A stretch of 52,156 nt of DNA. Source: Alphaproteobacteria bacterium (GTDB lineage: Bacteria > Pseudomonadota > Alphaproteobacteria > JACZXZ01). Below, in pieces: positions 1 to 9,360 of this stretch. The notes below the pieces were generated by a model. That model did no database searches, had not been told where the DNA came from, and saw nothing but the letters and a program-made list of their open reading frames with translations. Location: NCBI GenBank assembly GCA_035272805.1, contig DATEQI010000307.1, positions 1-52,156 on the forward strand. The letters run 5' to 3'. Within the stretch, counting starts at the first letter, position 1. Every line of letters begins with the position of its first letter. The position numbers and the translations under genes are program-made.

Positions 1-1080
1 GCCGACCTCGTCCAGCTGGTCGGCCGTTTCCTCGGGGAAGCGCAGACGCGCGAAGCGTTCGCGGCCGAGGCGCGAGGGCGCGGCCGGGATCCCTCCGCAC
101 TCGCCGCCGAAGCCGAGACCGTGAGGCTGGCGGAGCGGCTGCTCGCCGGTGCCATCGGCAGCGCATCGGCGCGCGTCATGGTCGCATCGGTGGTGCACGA
201 GGAGCCGATCGGCACCGAGGAACTCATGCGCATTCTCGACGAGACCTCGCAGGCGATCGAATACAGCCGCCGCCTCGAGCAGCAGTCGCGCACGCTCGAG
301 GCCACTACGGCAGAGCTGCGACGCGCGAACGAGCGACTGCGGGAGCTCGATCGCCTCAAGGATGATTTCGTTTCCACGGTGAGCCACGAGTTGCGTACGC
401 CGCTCACCTCGATCCGCTCGTTCTCCGAGATTTTGCTGGACAACCCGGCTCTCGAGCAGCAGCAGCGGCAGGAGTTCCTGCGGATCATCGTCAAGGAGAG
501 CGAGCGGCTCACGCGGCTGACCAACGACATGCTCGACCTCGCCAAGATCGAGGCGGGCAAGCTCGAGTGGCACATGGAGCGGGTGAGCGCGAGCGAGGTG
601 GCGCGGGAAGCGGCCGCCGCACTCGGCCAATTGTTTCGCGACAAGAGCGTCAAGCTCGAAGTCGAAGTGCCGGACGGCGTGCCGACCACCATCGCCGACC
701 GCGATCGGCTGTTCCAGGTCGTCGTCAATCTGCTATCCAATGCCGTGAAATTCTCGCCGCGAGACGCCGGGCTGGTGACGCTTGCCGTCGAAACCGACAG
801 CGACGGCGTCAGGCTCTCCGTCGCCGACAACGGGCCCGGAATCGCGCCGACGGACCGCGACGCGATTTTCGAGCGCTTCCGCCAGGTGGGCGACACGCTC
901 ACCGCGAAGCCGGAGGGGAGCGGCCTCGGCCTCGCGATCTCGCGAATGATCGTCGAGCATTTCGGCGGCCGCGCCTGGGTCGAGGATGCTCCGGGCGGCG
1001 GCGCGATTTTCCGCGTATGGTTGCCGCACGAATCCGCCGCCCCGTCCGCGGCTGATGCTCAGCCCAGACCGCGGAAATAA
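1..1080 (+). CDS. Sensor histidine kinase, C-terminal part (5' end upstream of window); CrbS/CbrA-like linker + HisKA + HATPase_c, no receiver domain
   Basis: Frame 1 is open from base 1 into the listed ORF at 121. H-box STVSHELRTPLTSI; G-boxes DNGPGI and GSGLGLAISR. The linker AIGSASARVMV...ILDETSQAIEYSRRLEQ is paralogous to the same segment of the kinase at 5542-9165. Confidence 0.85.
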   Translation, partial: ADLVQLVGRFLGEAQTREAFAAEARGRGRDPSALAAEAETVRLAERLLAGAIGSASARVMVASVVHEEPIGTEELMRILDETSQAIEYSRRLEQQSRTLEATTAELRRANERLRELDRLKDDFVSTVSHELRTPLTSIRSFSEILLDNPALEQQQRQEFLRIIVKESERLTRLTNDMLDLAKIEAGKLEWHMERVSASEVAREAAAALGQLFRDKSVKLEVEVPDGVPTTIADRDRLFQVVVNLLSNAVKFSPRDAGLVTLAVETDSDGVRLSVADNGPGIAPTDRDAIFERFRQVGDTLTAKPEGSGLGLAISRMIVEHFGGRAWVEDAPGGGAIFRVWLPHESAAPSAADAQPRPRK

Positions 1081-2513
1081 TCGGCGACGAGGTGCTGACG
1101 CCAGCGGTCGATCTCTCGGAATACTTGCACGAGGCGCTCGCGCTCGGGTCGGCCGAGCGATTCCGGCTTGACGCAATTGTCCGGGGCCAGGTGCTCCGAG
1201 ATCCGCTCGATCTGGTGGCGCAGCAGCAGCTCCAGAAGGAAAGCCAAGTCATCGCTCAGCCTGCCGGCATCCTCGCCCGCCAGAACGCCTGTCTCGGCGA
1301 GGGCGGCGAGGCGAGCGGGGGTTCCCGTCGCCTCGACCGCGTTCTTGAGCGCCAGCAGGCGCACGATCTCGACCAGCGGTTTGCTCCCGCGCAGCTTGAG
1401 ATCGACGGCGTCTTTCTCGGCCCCATCCCCGGCGACCAATTGCCCGAACAAATCGACGTTGCTGGCCTGGTCCCGTTGCAGCCAGGAGATCTGCGCGAGG
1501 AACGGCAGGTTGTCGCGCGCCGTCATCGTGACGTGGCGGCGCAATGCGGCCGCGAGCTCGGGCGGGCTCGAGATTGCGCGGAAATCGAAGAAGATATCGG
1601 TGAACATGATCTCCTGGTTGCCCCGCGAGCGCACCCAGCCGGTCACCTGCGCCTGCCATTGTGCCAGCCTTTTGCGCCAAAGCGGGTTCGTCGCCATGAC
1701 CTCGCCCGCGCACAAGGGAAAGCCCGCTTGCTCGAGCCCGCGCGTGAACCTCTCTGCCAGCTCGACGAAGAACCGATCGATGCTTTCGTGCTCGGAATCG
1801 CCGTGATCGGCGAGGATGAAACCGTTGTCCTGGTCCGGATGAAGCAGGCTCTCGCCGCGGCCGGCCGAGCCCATCACCAGCGCCGCAAAGGATACCGGCG
1901 GCTCGCCCCAGCCCGCTTCAGCCATGCCCGCAAGCGCCTGACGCAGGACCGCCGCCGTGATGTCGTCATTGAGTGCATTGATAAGCGCGATCACCTCCAT
2001 CGCAGGCTCGCCCGCTGCCAACAGCGCCGCAGCCAGGCTTGCCTGGGCCGCCCTCGCGTCGGGCGACGGCGGTCGGCTCTCGCTCATCACCGCGGGATCG
2101 AGCTCGGCCAGCAGCCCGGCGAATCCCGCGCCGAGCAGGGCTTCCAGGCGAATAAGACCGATCGGCCGGCCCGCCGAATCCACGACGGGCAGGCAATTGC
2201 GCCGCTGCCGCCGCATCTCGGCGAGAGCCCGGTAGACCCGATCGTGCTCGTAGAGCGCCGGCACGCGGCGGCGCAATGCCGCGCTCACCGGCTGGTGCGG
2301 CTCGGCCATGAATAGTGCGCTCTCGAGGAGATCCTCCGCAGTGAGCACTCCCGCGGCCCGGCCGCGCGCGTCCGTGATCAGCGCCGCTGCCTCGCCTGCC
2401 TCACGCATGCGGGCCACGAGGCCGAACAGCGGCTCGGCTTCGGACCCGGTGACGGCTCGCCGCTCGACCAGCCCGGCGATCGGACGACTCAAGCGTAGCA
2501 GCCACTCGCTCAT
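1059..2513 (-). CDS. CBS-domain / DUF294 putative nucleotidyltransferase signalling protein (nucleotidyltransferase substrate-binding domain protein)
   Basis: 484-aa ORF. N-terminal CBS-like repeats. GRGESLLHPDQDNGFIL matches the DUF294 GRxE...DQDN nucleotidyltransferase signature, and a DUF294_C-like tail follows. This family classically neighbours actP/acs. Confidence 0.8.
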   Translation of the reverse strand: MSEWLLRLSRPIAGLVERRAVTGSEAEPLFGLVARMREAGEAAALITDARGRAAGVLTAEDLLESALFMAEPHQPVSAALRRRVPALYEHDRVYRALAEMRRQRRNCLPVVDSAGRPIGLIRLEALLGAGFAGLLAELDPAVMSESRPPSPDARAAQASLAAALLAAGEPAMEVIALINALNDDITAAVLRQALAGMAEAGWGEPPVSFAALVMGSAGRGESLLHPDQDNGFILADHGDSEHESIDRFFVELAERFTRGLEQAGFPLCAGEVMATNPLWRKRLAQWQAQVTGWVRSRGNQEIMFTDIFFDFRAISSPPELAAALRRHVTMTARDNLPFLAQISWLQRDQASNVDLFGQLVAGDGAEKDAVDLKLRGSKPLVEIVRLLALKNAVEATGTPARLAALAETGVLAGEDAGRLSDDLAFLLELLLRHQIERISEHLAPDNCVKPESLGRPERERLVQVFREIDRWRQHLVADYFRGLG

Positions 2514-2657
2514 GCATGCCCGCCCCGAGAGAACGATGCTGTCGGAAGCACCGGCCTCGAGAGCTTAGCACGGCGAAGGCGCGGCGTGGCCGGTCGGAAG
2601 AGGCTGCCGTCCGGGCCAGACGATGCCTGGCCCGGGCAGCAAATGGGAACGCCTCGG

Positions 2658-4247
2658 TTACTCCGCCGGAGCAGGCTTGCCCGCCGGCGCTCCCAAATCG
2701 GGTATCGCTCCCAGGATGGCGCGGCGCTCAACCTCGGCGAAGCCTGCTTCCGCGGCCGGTTCCGGCTTGAGCAGGGAGACCACGATCCCCGACAGGAAGG
2801 ACAGGGTCATGGTGATCAGGCAGGGGTTCTTGAGGGGGAAGTACCACCACTCTTTCGAAACCTCGGCCAGGCTGTGCTTGAGGATGTCGACCTGGATCGT
2901 GGGGCCGCAATAGAGCAGCACCAGCGTCGAGACGGTGCCCAGAATGATTGCGGTCACCGCACCCCAAGTGGTGAAGCGACGCCAGAAGATGGCCATCACC
3001 AATGCGGGAAAGTTCGCCGATGCCGCGATGGAGAACGTGAGGCCGACCATGTAGGCGATGTTCTGGCCCTGGAAAATGATCCCCAGCAGGATCGCGCAGA
3101 TGCCGAGGATGACGGCCGCAATACGTGCGACCCGGAGCTGCTCGTGCTCCGGTGCATGCCCGCCCTTGACTACACTGACCCATATGTCATGCGAGAGTGC
3201 CGCCGCACCCGACAAGGTGAGCCCGGCCACGACTGCCAGGATGGTGGCAAAGGCGACCGCACAGATGAAGCCGAAGAAGGCCGAACCGCCCACCGCGTTG
3301 GCGAGCAGGGGGGCTGCCATGTTGCCGCCGGCCCCGACACTGGAGATCTGCTTCATTCCGACCAGCACCATGGCGCCGAAGCCGAGAATGAAGGTGATCA
3401 GGTAGAACCCGCCGATCCAGATCGTCGCCCACACGACGGAGATGCGCGCCTGCTTGGCATCCGGGACCGTGTAGAAGCGCATCAGGATGTGCGGCAGGCC
3501 GGCGGTCCCGAACATCAGGGCCAAGCCGAGCGAAACCGCGTCCCACGCGCCGGTCACCACATTGTTGCCCGGCTCCAGAACCTTATTTCCGTTGAGCTCG
3601 GCCGCCTTGGCGAACAAATTCATCGGGTTGAAGCCGAACTGGGCGAGCACCAGAAACGCCAGGACCACCGCACCCCCCAGCAGCAGGCAGGCCTTGATGA
3701 TCTGCACCCAGGTCGTGGCGAGCATTCCGCCGAACAGCACGTAGATCATCATGACGATGCCGACGATGACGACGGCGAGGGTGTAGTTCAGACTGAACAG
3801 CAGCTTGATCAGGGTGCCGGCGCCGACCATCTGGGCGATCAGATAGGTGAGCACGACCGCCATGGTGCCGATCGCCGCCGCGATCCGGACCGGCTTCTGC
3901 TGCAGCCGATAGGCCACGACATCGCTGAACGTGTACTTGCCGAGATTGCGCAGAGGCTCTGCGATCAGAAACAGGATGATCGGCCAGCCCACCAGCCATC
4001 CGGTGGAATAGATCAGGCCGTCGAAGCCGTTGAGTGCCACGAGTCCGGCGATGCCGAGGAAGCTCGCAGCGCTCATATAGTCGCCGGCAAGCGCGAGGCC
4101 GTTCTGAAATCCGGTGACCCCATGCCCCGCGGCATAGAAATGCACGGTGGTCTTGGTTCGCCGCGCCGCCCAATATGTGACGACCAGCGTCAGCGCGATG
4201 AATACGAAAAAGAACAGGATGGCGAGAGGGTTCGATCCAGCGCTCAT
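2658..4247 (-). CDS. actP: Cation/acetate symporter ActP (sodium:solute symporter family)
   Basis: 529 aa with multiple TM segments. The N-terminus [57 protein letters not shown] is typical of ActP. Start overlaps the yjcH stop (ATGA at 4244-4247). Confidence 0.9.
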   Translation of the reverse strand: MSAGSNPLAILFFFVFIALTLVVTYWAARRTKTTVHFYAAGHGVTGFQNGLALAGDYMSAASFLGIAGLVALNGFDGLIYSTGWLVGWPIILFLIAEPLRNLGKYTFSDVVAYRLQQKPVRIAAAIGTMAVVLTYLIAQMVGAGTLIKLLFSLNYTLAVVIVGIVMMIYVLFGGMLATTWVQIIKACLLLGGAVVLAFLVLAQFGFNPMNLFAKAAELNGNKVLEPGNNVVTGAWDAVSLGLALMFGTAGLPHILMRFYTVPDAKQARISVVWATIWIGGFYLITFILGFGAMVLVGMKQISSVGAGGNMAAPLLANAVGGSAFFGFICAVAFATILAVVAGLTLSGAAALSHDIWVSVVKGGHAPEHEQLRVARIAAVILGICAILLGIIFQGQNIAYMVGLTFSIAASANFPALVMAIFWRRFTTWGAVTAIILGTVSTLVLLYCGPTIQVDILKHSLAEVSKEWWYFPLKNPCLITMTLSFLSGIVVSLLKPEPAAEAGFAEVERRAILGAIPDLGAPAGKPAPAE

Positions 4248-4543
4248 GATTTTTTCCTCGAAACAGCTGTGGCATCGGCGACGGCCCGGGCGACGGCCTC
4301 GTCATAGCCCCGGTTGGCCCATAGCACGTAAATGATGGCGAGGACCCAGCAGGAGACGATCGTAAGCGCGCCCAACAGGATTCCGAGGCTGAGCCCCCGC
4401 ATCAAGAGGATCGCGAGAAAGGGCTTGTCGAACGCCACGAGCAGGATGAAGCCCAGGTAGATCACCAGCATCAGCGCTGAAAGCGTGAGGGCGATCGCCC
4501 AACGCCTTGCTGCGATGGCATGAATCGGATCAGCGGTGCGCAT
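4244..4543 (-). CDS. yjcH: DUF485 inner-membrane protein (YjcH-like), ActP partner
   Basis: 99 aa with two predicted TM helices, translationally coupled directly upstream of actP. This is the conserved yjcH-actP arrangement. Confidence 0.85.
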   Translation of the reverse strand: MRTADPIHAIAARRWAIALTLSALMLVIYLGFILLVAFDKPFLAILLMRGLSLGILLGALTIVSCWVLAIIYVLWANRGYDEAVARAVADATAVSRKKS

Positions 4544-4840
4544 GGCTGGGCGCCTCCTAGCGCCAGGATTTTAACAATCGAGGACCGCACAAGAGACTAT
4601 TGATCAATGCTAACATCGCGGGAGGCGCGTCGATATTCGACTTTAGGCTAAAGCGAGCCGGCGCCCGTCTCGCCCGTTGGCCCGTGCCGGCCCCGGCAGG
4701 GCCGCCTCTCTTGGGGCACCAAGGGAGGTGCGCTTTGCGCGTCGGGCCGAGATCGGCCGCGCCGGGCGCTAGGCGGAAGCGGGTTGGGCCCTTATCATGG
4801 TGCACCACAAGAGACTTCCCCTCGCAGGGAGCCCCAGCCG

Positions 4841-5536
4841 ATGACGGCCTGCCGCCTCGTCGTCGCGGACGATCACCCGCTGTTTCGCGACGCCCTCCGG
4901 CTCACGATCGCGCAGCTGCTGCCCGAGGCCGAGATCGCGGAGGCGGAGTCATTCGATAGTCTGCGCGCTCAGCTCGAGGCCTCGCTTGATACGGATCTCG
5001 TGCTGCTCGATCTCAACATGCCGGGCATCTCGGGTTTCTCGGGCTTGCTCTTCTTGCGCGCGCAGTTTCCGGCGGTCCCCGTCGCCATCATCTCGGCCAA
5101 CGATTCACCCCGCGTGGTTCGCCGCGCACTCGATCTGGGAGCCGCCGGCTACATACCGAAGTCGGCGACCGCCGCCGATATCGGCACGGCACTCATGGCG
5201 CTTCTCGCCGGCGAGAGCTGGCTGCCGCCCGCCCTTGGGGTGCGGGGGCGCGCCGCTGAGGCCGATGCCGAGCTCGCCTCCCGCCTCGCCAGCCTGACCC
5301 CCCAGCAGGTTCGCGTCCTGATGATGCTCAGCGAGGGCTTGCTCAACAAGCAAATCGCCCACGCGATCGGCGTCGCCGAGGCGACGGTCAAGGCGCATGT
5401 TTCCGCCATCCTGCAGAAGCTCAAGGTCGATAACCGCACCCAGGCCGTCATCCTGGCCAAGCGCCTTGCCGAGGACGTGGGCCCCTCCGCCGCGGAGTTG
5501 CTGGGTTTTGCGGCGAACCGCGACGGCGGCGGCTGA
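4841..5536 (+). CDS. LuxR/FixJ-family response regulator (CrbR/ErdR-like)
   Basis: Receiver domain (VVADDHPLF, LVLLDLNMPG) plus C-terminal LuxR HTH (LTPQQVRVLMMLSEGLLNKQIAHAIGVAEATVKAHVSAILQKLKV). Start moved to the ATG at 4841, which is preceded by AGGGAG. The track ORF starts at 4784. Confidence 0.85.
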   Translation: MTACRLVVADDHPLFRDALRLTIAQLLPEAEIAEAESFDSLRAQLEASLDTDLVLLDLNMPGISGFSGLLFLRAQFPAVPVAIISANDSPRVVRRALDLGAAGYIPKSATAADIGTALMALLAGESWLPPALGVRGRAAEADAELASRLASLTPQQVRVLMMLSEGLLNKQIAHAIGVAEATVKAHVSAILQKLKVDNRTQAVILAKRLAEDVGPSAAELLGFAANRDGGG

Positions 5537-5541
5537 GTCGC

Positions 5542-8500
5542 CTACTCGGCCGCCTGCCGCGCCGCTATCAGGCGCATGATGACGGCACGGAGGGCCGCGG
5601 GCTTGAGCGGCTTCTTGAGCAGCGGCAGCGCGAGCGACTGGGCACGGGCGGCGACCGATTCCGAGCGGTCCGCGCTGATCAGGATGGCGGGAACCTCGGC
5701 GCGGTAGTGGCGGCGCAATGCCTCGATGCAGGCGATGCCGTCCCCCCCGCCATCGAGATGGTAATCGACGATGAGGAGGTCCGGTGGTGCTGCACCCGGA
5801 GCGTCGAGCGCCAGCGCAGCACCAAGCCCGGTGGCGGAGCGCAGCCGGTACGACCACCCCTCGAGCAGCGAGGTGAGCCCGTCGAGCGCGCTCGGCTCGT
5901 TGTCGATGCAAAGCACGGCGAGCCGCTCGCTCGTCAGCATCGGCCGCGCCGTCTCGAAAACAGGGGAGAGAGCCAGCACGGGTGCCGTGCCGCGCGGCAC
6001 GGCGAGCGTGAAGACGGTGCCGCGGCCCGCCTCGGAGCGAAAGCTCACCGGATGGTCGAGGATGCGGCTGATGCGCTCCACGATCGAGAGGCCGAGGCCG
6101 AGCCCGTGCTCGGTGCCCGGGCCGTTGGCGAAGCGTTGGAACTCCTTGAAGACGAGGGGGTGCTTGTCGTCCGGGATGCCGCAGCCGGTATCCCACACCT
6201 GGATCAGGAGCGAGGCGCCGACCCGGCGGGCACCCATCAGCACCTTGCCGCGCGCGGTATAGCGAACGGCATTGGAGAGCAGATTCTGCAGCACGCGATG
6301 GAGAAGCTGCCGGTCGCTCCTCACCGCGAGGCAGGTGGGCACGATGCGCAGGTCGAGCCGCTTTTTCTCCGCGAGGGGGGCGAACTCGAGCCTGAGTGCC
6401 GCGAACAGCTCGCCGAGAGCAAAGTCGCCCCACTCGGGCGTCATACCGCCCGCATCGAGCTTCGAGATGTCGAGCAGCATGCCGAGCAGCTCCTCGACCG
6501 CGCCGAGCGAGGCGTCGATCTTGCGCACGAGCTCGCCGTCCGGCGGGCTCAGGCTGCTGGTCCCGCGCGCATGCCGCTCGACGAGGCTCGAGACATAGAG
6601 TCGGGCGGCGTTGAGGGGCTGGAGCAGGTCGTGGCTCGCCGCCGCGAGGAAGCGGGTCTTGCCGAGGTTCGCCTCCTCGGCGGTGATCCTGGCGCGGTCG
6701 AGCTCGGCGTTGAGCGTCGTGAGCTCGGCCGTGCGCTCGCGCACGCGCTCTTCGAGATACTCGTTCGCGGCGGCGAGCTGGGCGGCGACGCGGACATGCT
6801 CGGTGATGTCGGAATAGGTCGTGACGTAGCCGCCGCCCGGCATGGGGCTGCGGCGGACCTCGAGCACCGTGCCGTTGGGCCGGCGATATTCCAGCACCGA
6901 CTCGCCGTCGCCGAGGAAGAGCTCGAGCTGCCGTGCCACCAGATCGTCCGGGTTGCCGGGGCCGTACTCGCCGCGCTCGGCATTGAAGCGCATGATCTCC
7001 GGCAGCGTCACGCCGACGGAGCCGAGTGCTGCAGGCAGCTCGAGCAAATCGCGGAAGCGCCGGTTCCAGCACACGAGACGGAGCTCGCGGTCGAACACGC
7101 TGATGCCCTGGCGCACGTTCTCGAGCGTCGATTGCAAAAGGTCGCGATTATACTGGATGGCGGCCGTCGCATCGTCGAGCAGCCGCATGGCGTCGTCGGC
7201 GCTCAGGTTGTGGCGCTCGAGCGTGAGTGCCATGACGAGGCGGGCCGAGGAGGCGCCGATGGCGCTCGCGAGCAGCCGCTCGGTGTGGCGGACCAGAGCG
7301 AAGTCCGCCTCGGCGTCATGCGCAAGCGGCGTCCCGCGCAGGGCCGCGAAATCCTCGAAGGAGCGCTGGGCCCGCTCCGGCCCGAGATAGCTCGCGGCCA
7401 CCAGCGCCAGCTCCGAGACGCGGACCGAGCCGTGCCACTGCCGCAGGCCCGGCTGACCGGCGCTGGCATCGGCATCCACGAAGGCATTCGCCTGCAGCCG
7501 CTCGATCACCTTGGGCACGCTCAAGAGCGAGCACAGCGCATAGGCGGTCACGTTGGCGAGCAGGCTCCAGAACACGCCATGGGTGAGCGGATCGAAGCGC
7601 AGGCCGAAAAGCTGCTGCGGGCGCAGGAGCGAGATGCCGAACGGCCCGGAGGCGAGGAGCTCGCCCGAGAAGGCGCCCGACTGCATGAGCGTGGGCAGGA
7701 AAAGGGTATATGCCCAAACGGAGAAGCCCGCGAGGATGCCCGCGATCGCTCCCTTCTGCGTGGCGCCGCGCCAGATGAGGCCGCCGAGCAAGGCCGGAGC
7801 GAATTGCGCCACCGCGGCGAAGCTCAAGAGGCCGATCGAGGCAAGCGCGTAGCTGTCGCCCAAGAGGCGATAGGTGCAATAGGCCAGCAGCATGAAGGCC
7901 ACGATCGCCACGCGGCGGACCTGCAGAATGACGCTCCCCATGTCCTCGCGGTCGGAGAGGCCGAGCCGCCGGCGGTGCAGCACGATGGGCATGACCAGGT
8001 CGTTGCTCACCATGTTGCTGATCGCCACCGATTCGACGATGACCATGGCGGTGGCCGCGGAGAGGCCGCCGATGAAGGCGAAGAGCGCCAGCGCCGACTG
8101 CCCGCCGGCCATCGGGAGGGCCAGCACGAACATATCGCCATGATCCGCCGAGGCACCGATGACGAGAAGGCCGGCCGCGGCGATCGGCACCACGAAAATG
8201 TTGATGGCCACGAGATAGAGCGGGAAGAGCCAGGCGGCCTTGCGCAGATCCCGCTCGTGCACGTTCTCCACCACCGCCACGTGGAACTGCCGCGGCAGGC
8301 AGAGGATCGCCGCGAGCGCCAACCCCGTCATGGTCACCCAGGTTGCGCCGTCCACCCCGCCGGCGAAGAGGCTGCTGAGCGCGGGTGCCGCGCGCACGCG
8401 GGCCAGGATATCGCTCCAGCCGTCGAACATGCCCCAGGTGACGAAGGCACCCACCGAGATGAAGGCCACGAGCTTGACGAGCGATTCGAAGGCGATCGCC

Positions 8501-9165
8501 AGCATCATGCCTTCGTTGTGCTCGGTGGCGTTGATGTTCCGGGTGCCGAACAGGATGGCGAACAGCGCCAGCACGAGGGACACGACGAGTGCGGTGTCGC
8601 TCCAGATCGCGTGACCGCCCACATCCGCCGGCATCGCGTTCAGCGGATAGCGCATCAGCACCGTGAAGCTGGTCGACACCGCCTTGAGCTGGAGCGCTAT
8701 ATAGGGCAGCACGCCGATCACCGCGATCACCGTGACGATCGCCGCAAGCAACTGGCTCTTGCCGTAGCGCGCGGCGATCAGATCGGCGATGGAGGTGATG
8801 TTATGGCTTTTGGAAATGCGCACGATCCGCCGCAGAAGCGGCAGGCCGATGACGAACATCAGGATCGGACCGAGATAGATCGGCAGGAAGTCGTAGCCGG
8901 TGCGCGAGGCGAGGCCGACGCTGCCGTAAAAGGTCCAGGAGGTGCAGTAGACCGCGAGCGAAAGCGCGTAGACAAGCGGCTTGCCCTCGCTCCGCCCGCG
9001 CGCCCGCGCTCTCCGGTCGCCGTAATAGGCGATGGCGAACAAGAGACCGACATAGCCGAGCGACAAGGCCAGAACGGCCCAACCCGGAACCATCGCCTCC
9101 CCACGGCAAGACGTTTCTTCGTTGCGCCATGATACGCCGTCCGCAACCGCCGGGGCTAGGCTCAA
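5542..9165 (-). CDS. Hybrid sensor histidine kinase with N-terminal sodium:solute-symporter domain, PAS, HisKA, HATPase_c and receiver (CrbS/CbrA-like)
   Basis: 1207 aa. About 550 aa of SSF-like TM domain, a PAS region, H-box FLAAASHDLLQPLNAA, G-box GLGLGLSIV, and a receiver (LLIVDYHLDGG). An alternative start is the ATG at 9093 (MVPGWAVL...). Confidence 0.9.
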   Translation of the reverse strand: MSLAPAVADGVSWRNEETSCRGEAMVPGWAVLALSLGYVGLLFAIAYYGDRRARARGRSEGKPLVYALSLAVYCTSWTFYGSVGLASRTGYDFLPIYLGPILMFVIGLPLLRRIVRISKSHNITSIADLIAARYGKSQLLAAIVTVIAVIGVLPYIALQLKAVSTSFTVLMRYPLNAMPADVGGHAIWSDTALVVSLVLALFAILFGTRNINATEHNEGMMLAIAFESLVKLVAFISVGAFVTWGMFDGWSDILARVRAAPALSSLFAGGVDGATWVTMTGLALAAILCLPRQFHVAVVENVHERDLRKAAWLFPLYLVAINIFVVPIAAAGLLVIGASADHGDMFVLALPMAGGQSALALFAFIGGLSAATAMVIVESVAISNMVSNDLVMPIVLHRRRLGLSDREDMGSVILQVRRVAIVAFMLLAYCTYRLLGDSYALASIGLLSFAAVAQFAPALLGGLIWRGATQKGAIAGILAGFSVWAYTLFLPTLMQSGAFSGELLASGPFGISLLRPQQLFGLRFDPLTHGVFWSLLANVTAYALCSLLSVPKVIERLQANAFVDADASAGQPGLRQWHGSVRVSELALVAASYLGPERAQRSFEDFAALRGTPLAHDAEADFALVRHTERLLASAIGASSARLVMALTLERHNLSADDAMRLLDDATAAIQYNRDLLQSTLENVRQGISVFDRELRLVCWNRRFRDLLELPAALGSVGVTLPEIMRFNAERGEYGPGNPDDLVARQLELFLGDGESVLEYRRPNGTVLEVRRSPMPGGGYVTTYSDITEHVRVAAQLAAANEYLEERVRERTAELTTLNAELDRARITAEEANLGKTRFLAAASHDLLQPLNAARLYVSSLVERHARGTSSLSPPDGELVRKIDASLGAVEELLGMLLDISKLDAGGMTPEWGDFALGELFAALRLEFAPLAEKKRLDLRIVPTCLAVRSDRQLLHRVLQNLLSNAVRYTARGKVLMGARRVGASLLIQVWDTGCGIPDDKHPLVFKEFQRFANGPGTEHGLGLGLSIVERISRILDHPVSFRSEAGRGTVFTLAVPRGTAPVLALSPVFETARPMLTSERLAVLCIDNEPSALDGLTSLLEGWSYRLRSATGLGAALALDAPGAAPPDLLIVDYHLDGGGDGIACIEALRRHYRAEVPAILISADRSESVAARAQSLALPLLKKPLKPAALRAVIMRLIAARQAAE

Positions 9166-9360
9166 GGGGGCGGGCCCGGTCGAGCGAGGGGCGACGCAGT
9201 GCGAACGAAGCCTCTACTCGCAAGGTGTTTCAGGGTTGGCAGGCTGCGCGGAGCTGAAGCGCTTGTTGCCTGGTTATTGTATTCATATGGCTAAAAAAGT
9301 CGCCATCTGATATAGCTTAAGGCCAGAAAAATCGCTTTTTGGCTATGAGCCGGGTGCTTA

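Noticed and set aside
2586-4307. 573-aa ORF antisense to actP; similarly 21961-24069 (antisense) and 21770-23722 (same strand, different frame), both overlapping the MMPL gene.
   Set aside because: They are highly charged or repetitive (RRRGR, DDDD runs) with no TM or enzyme motifs, whereas the reported frame gives canonical transporters.
5707-9132. 1141-aa ORF, plus the 655-aa ORF at 5105-7072. Both overlap the hybrid kinase region: the first is antisense, the second is on the same strand in a different frame.
   Set aside because: Their composition is Arg/Ala/Gly/Pro- or Glu/Arg-rich and low-complexity, with no motifs. They overlap a gene with clear SSF, PAS, HisKA, HATPase and receiver domains. 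This is the typical high-GC open-frame artefact.
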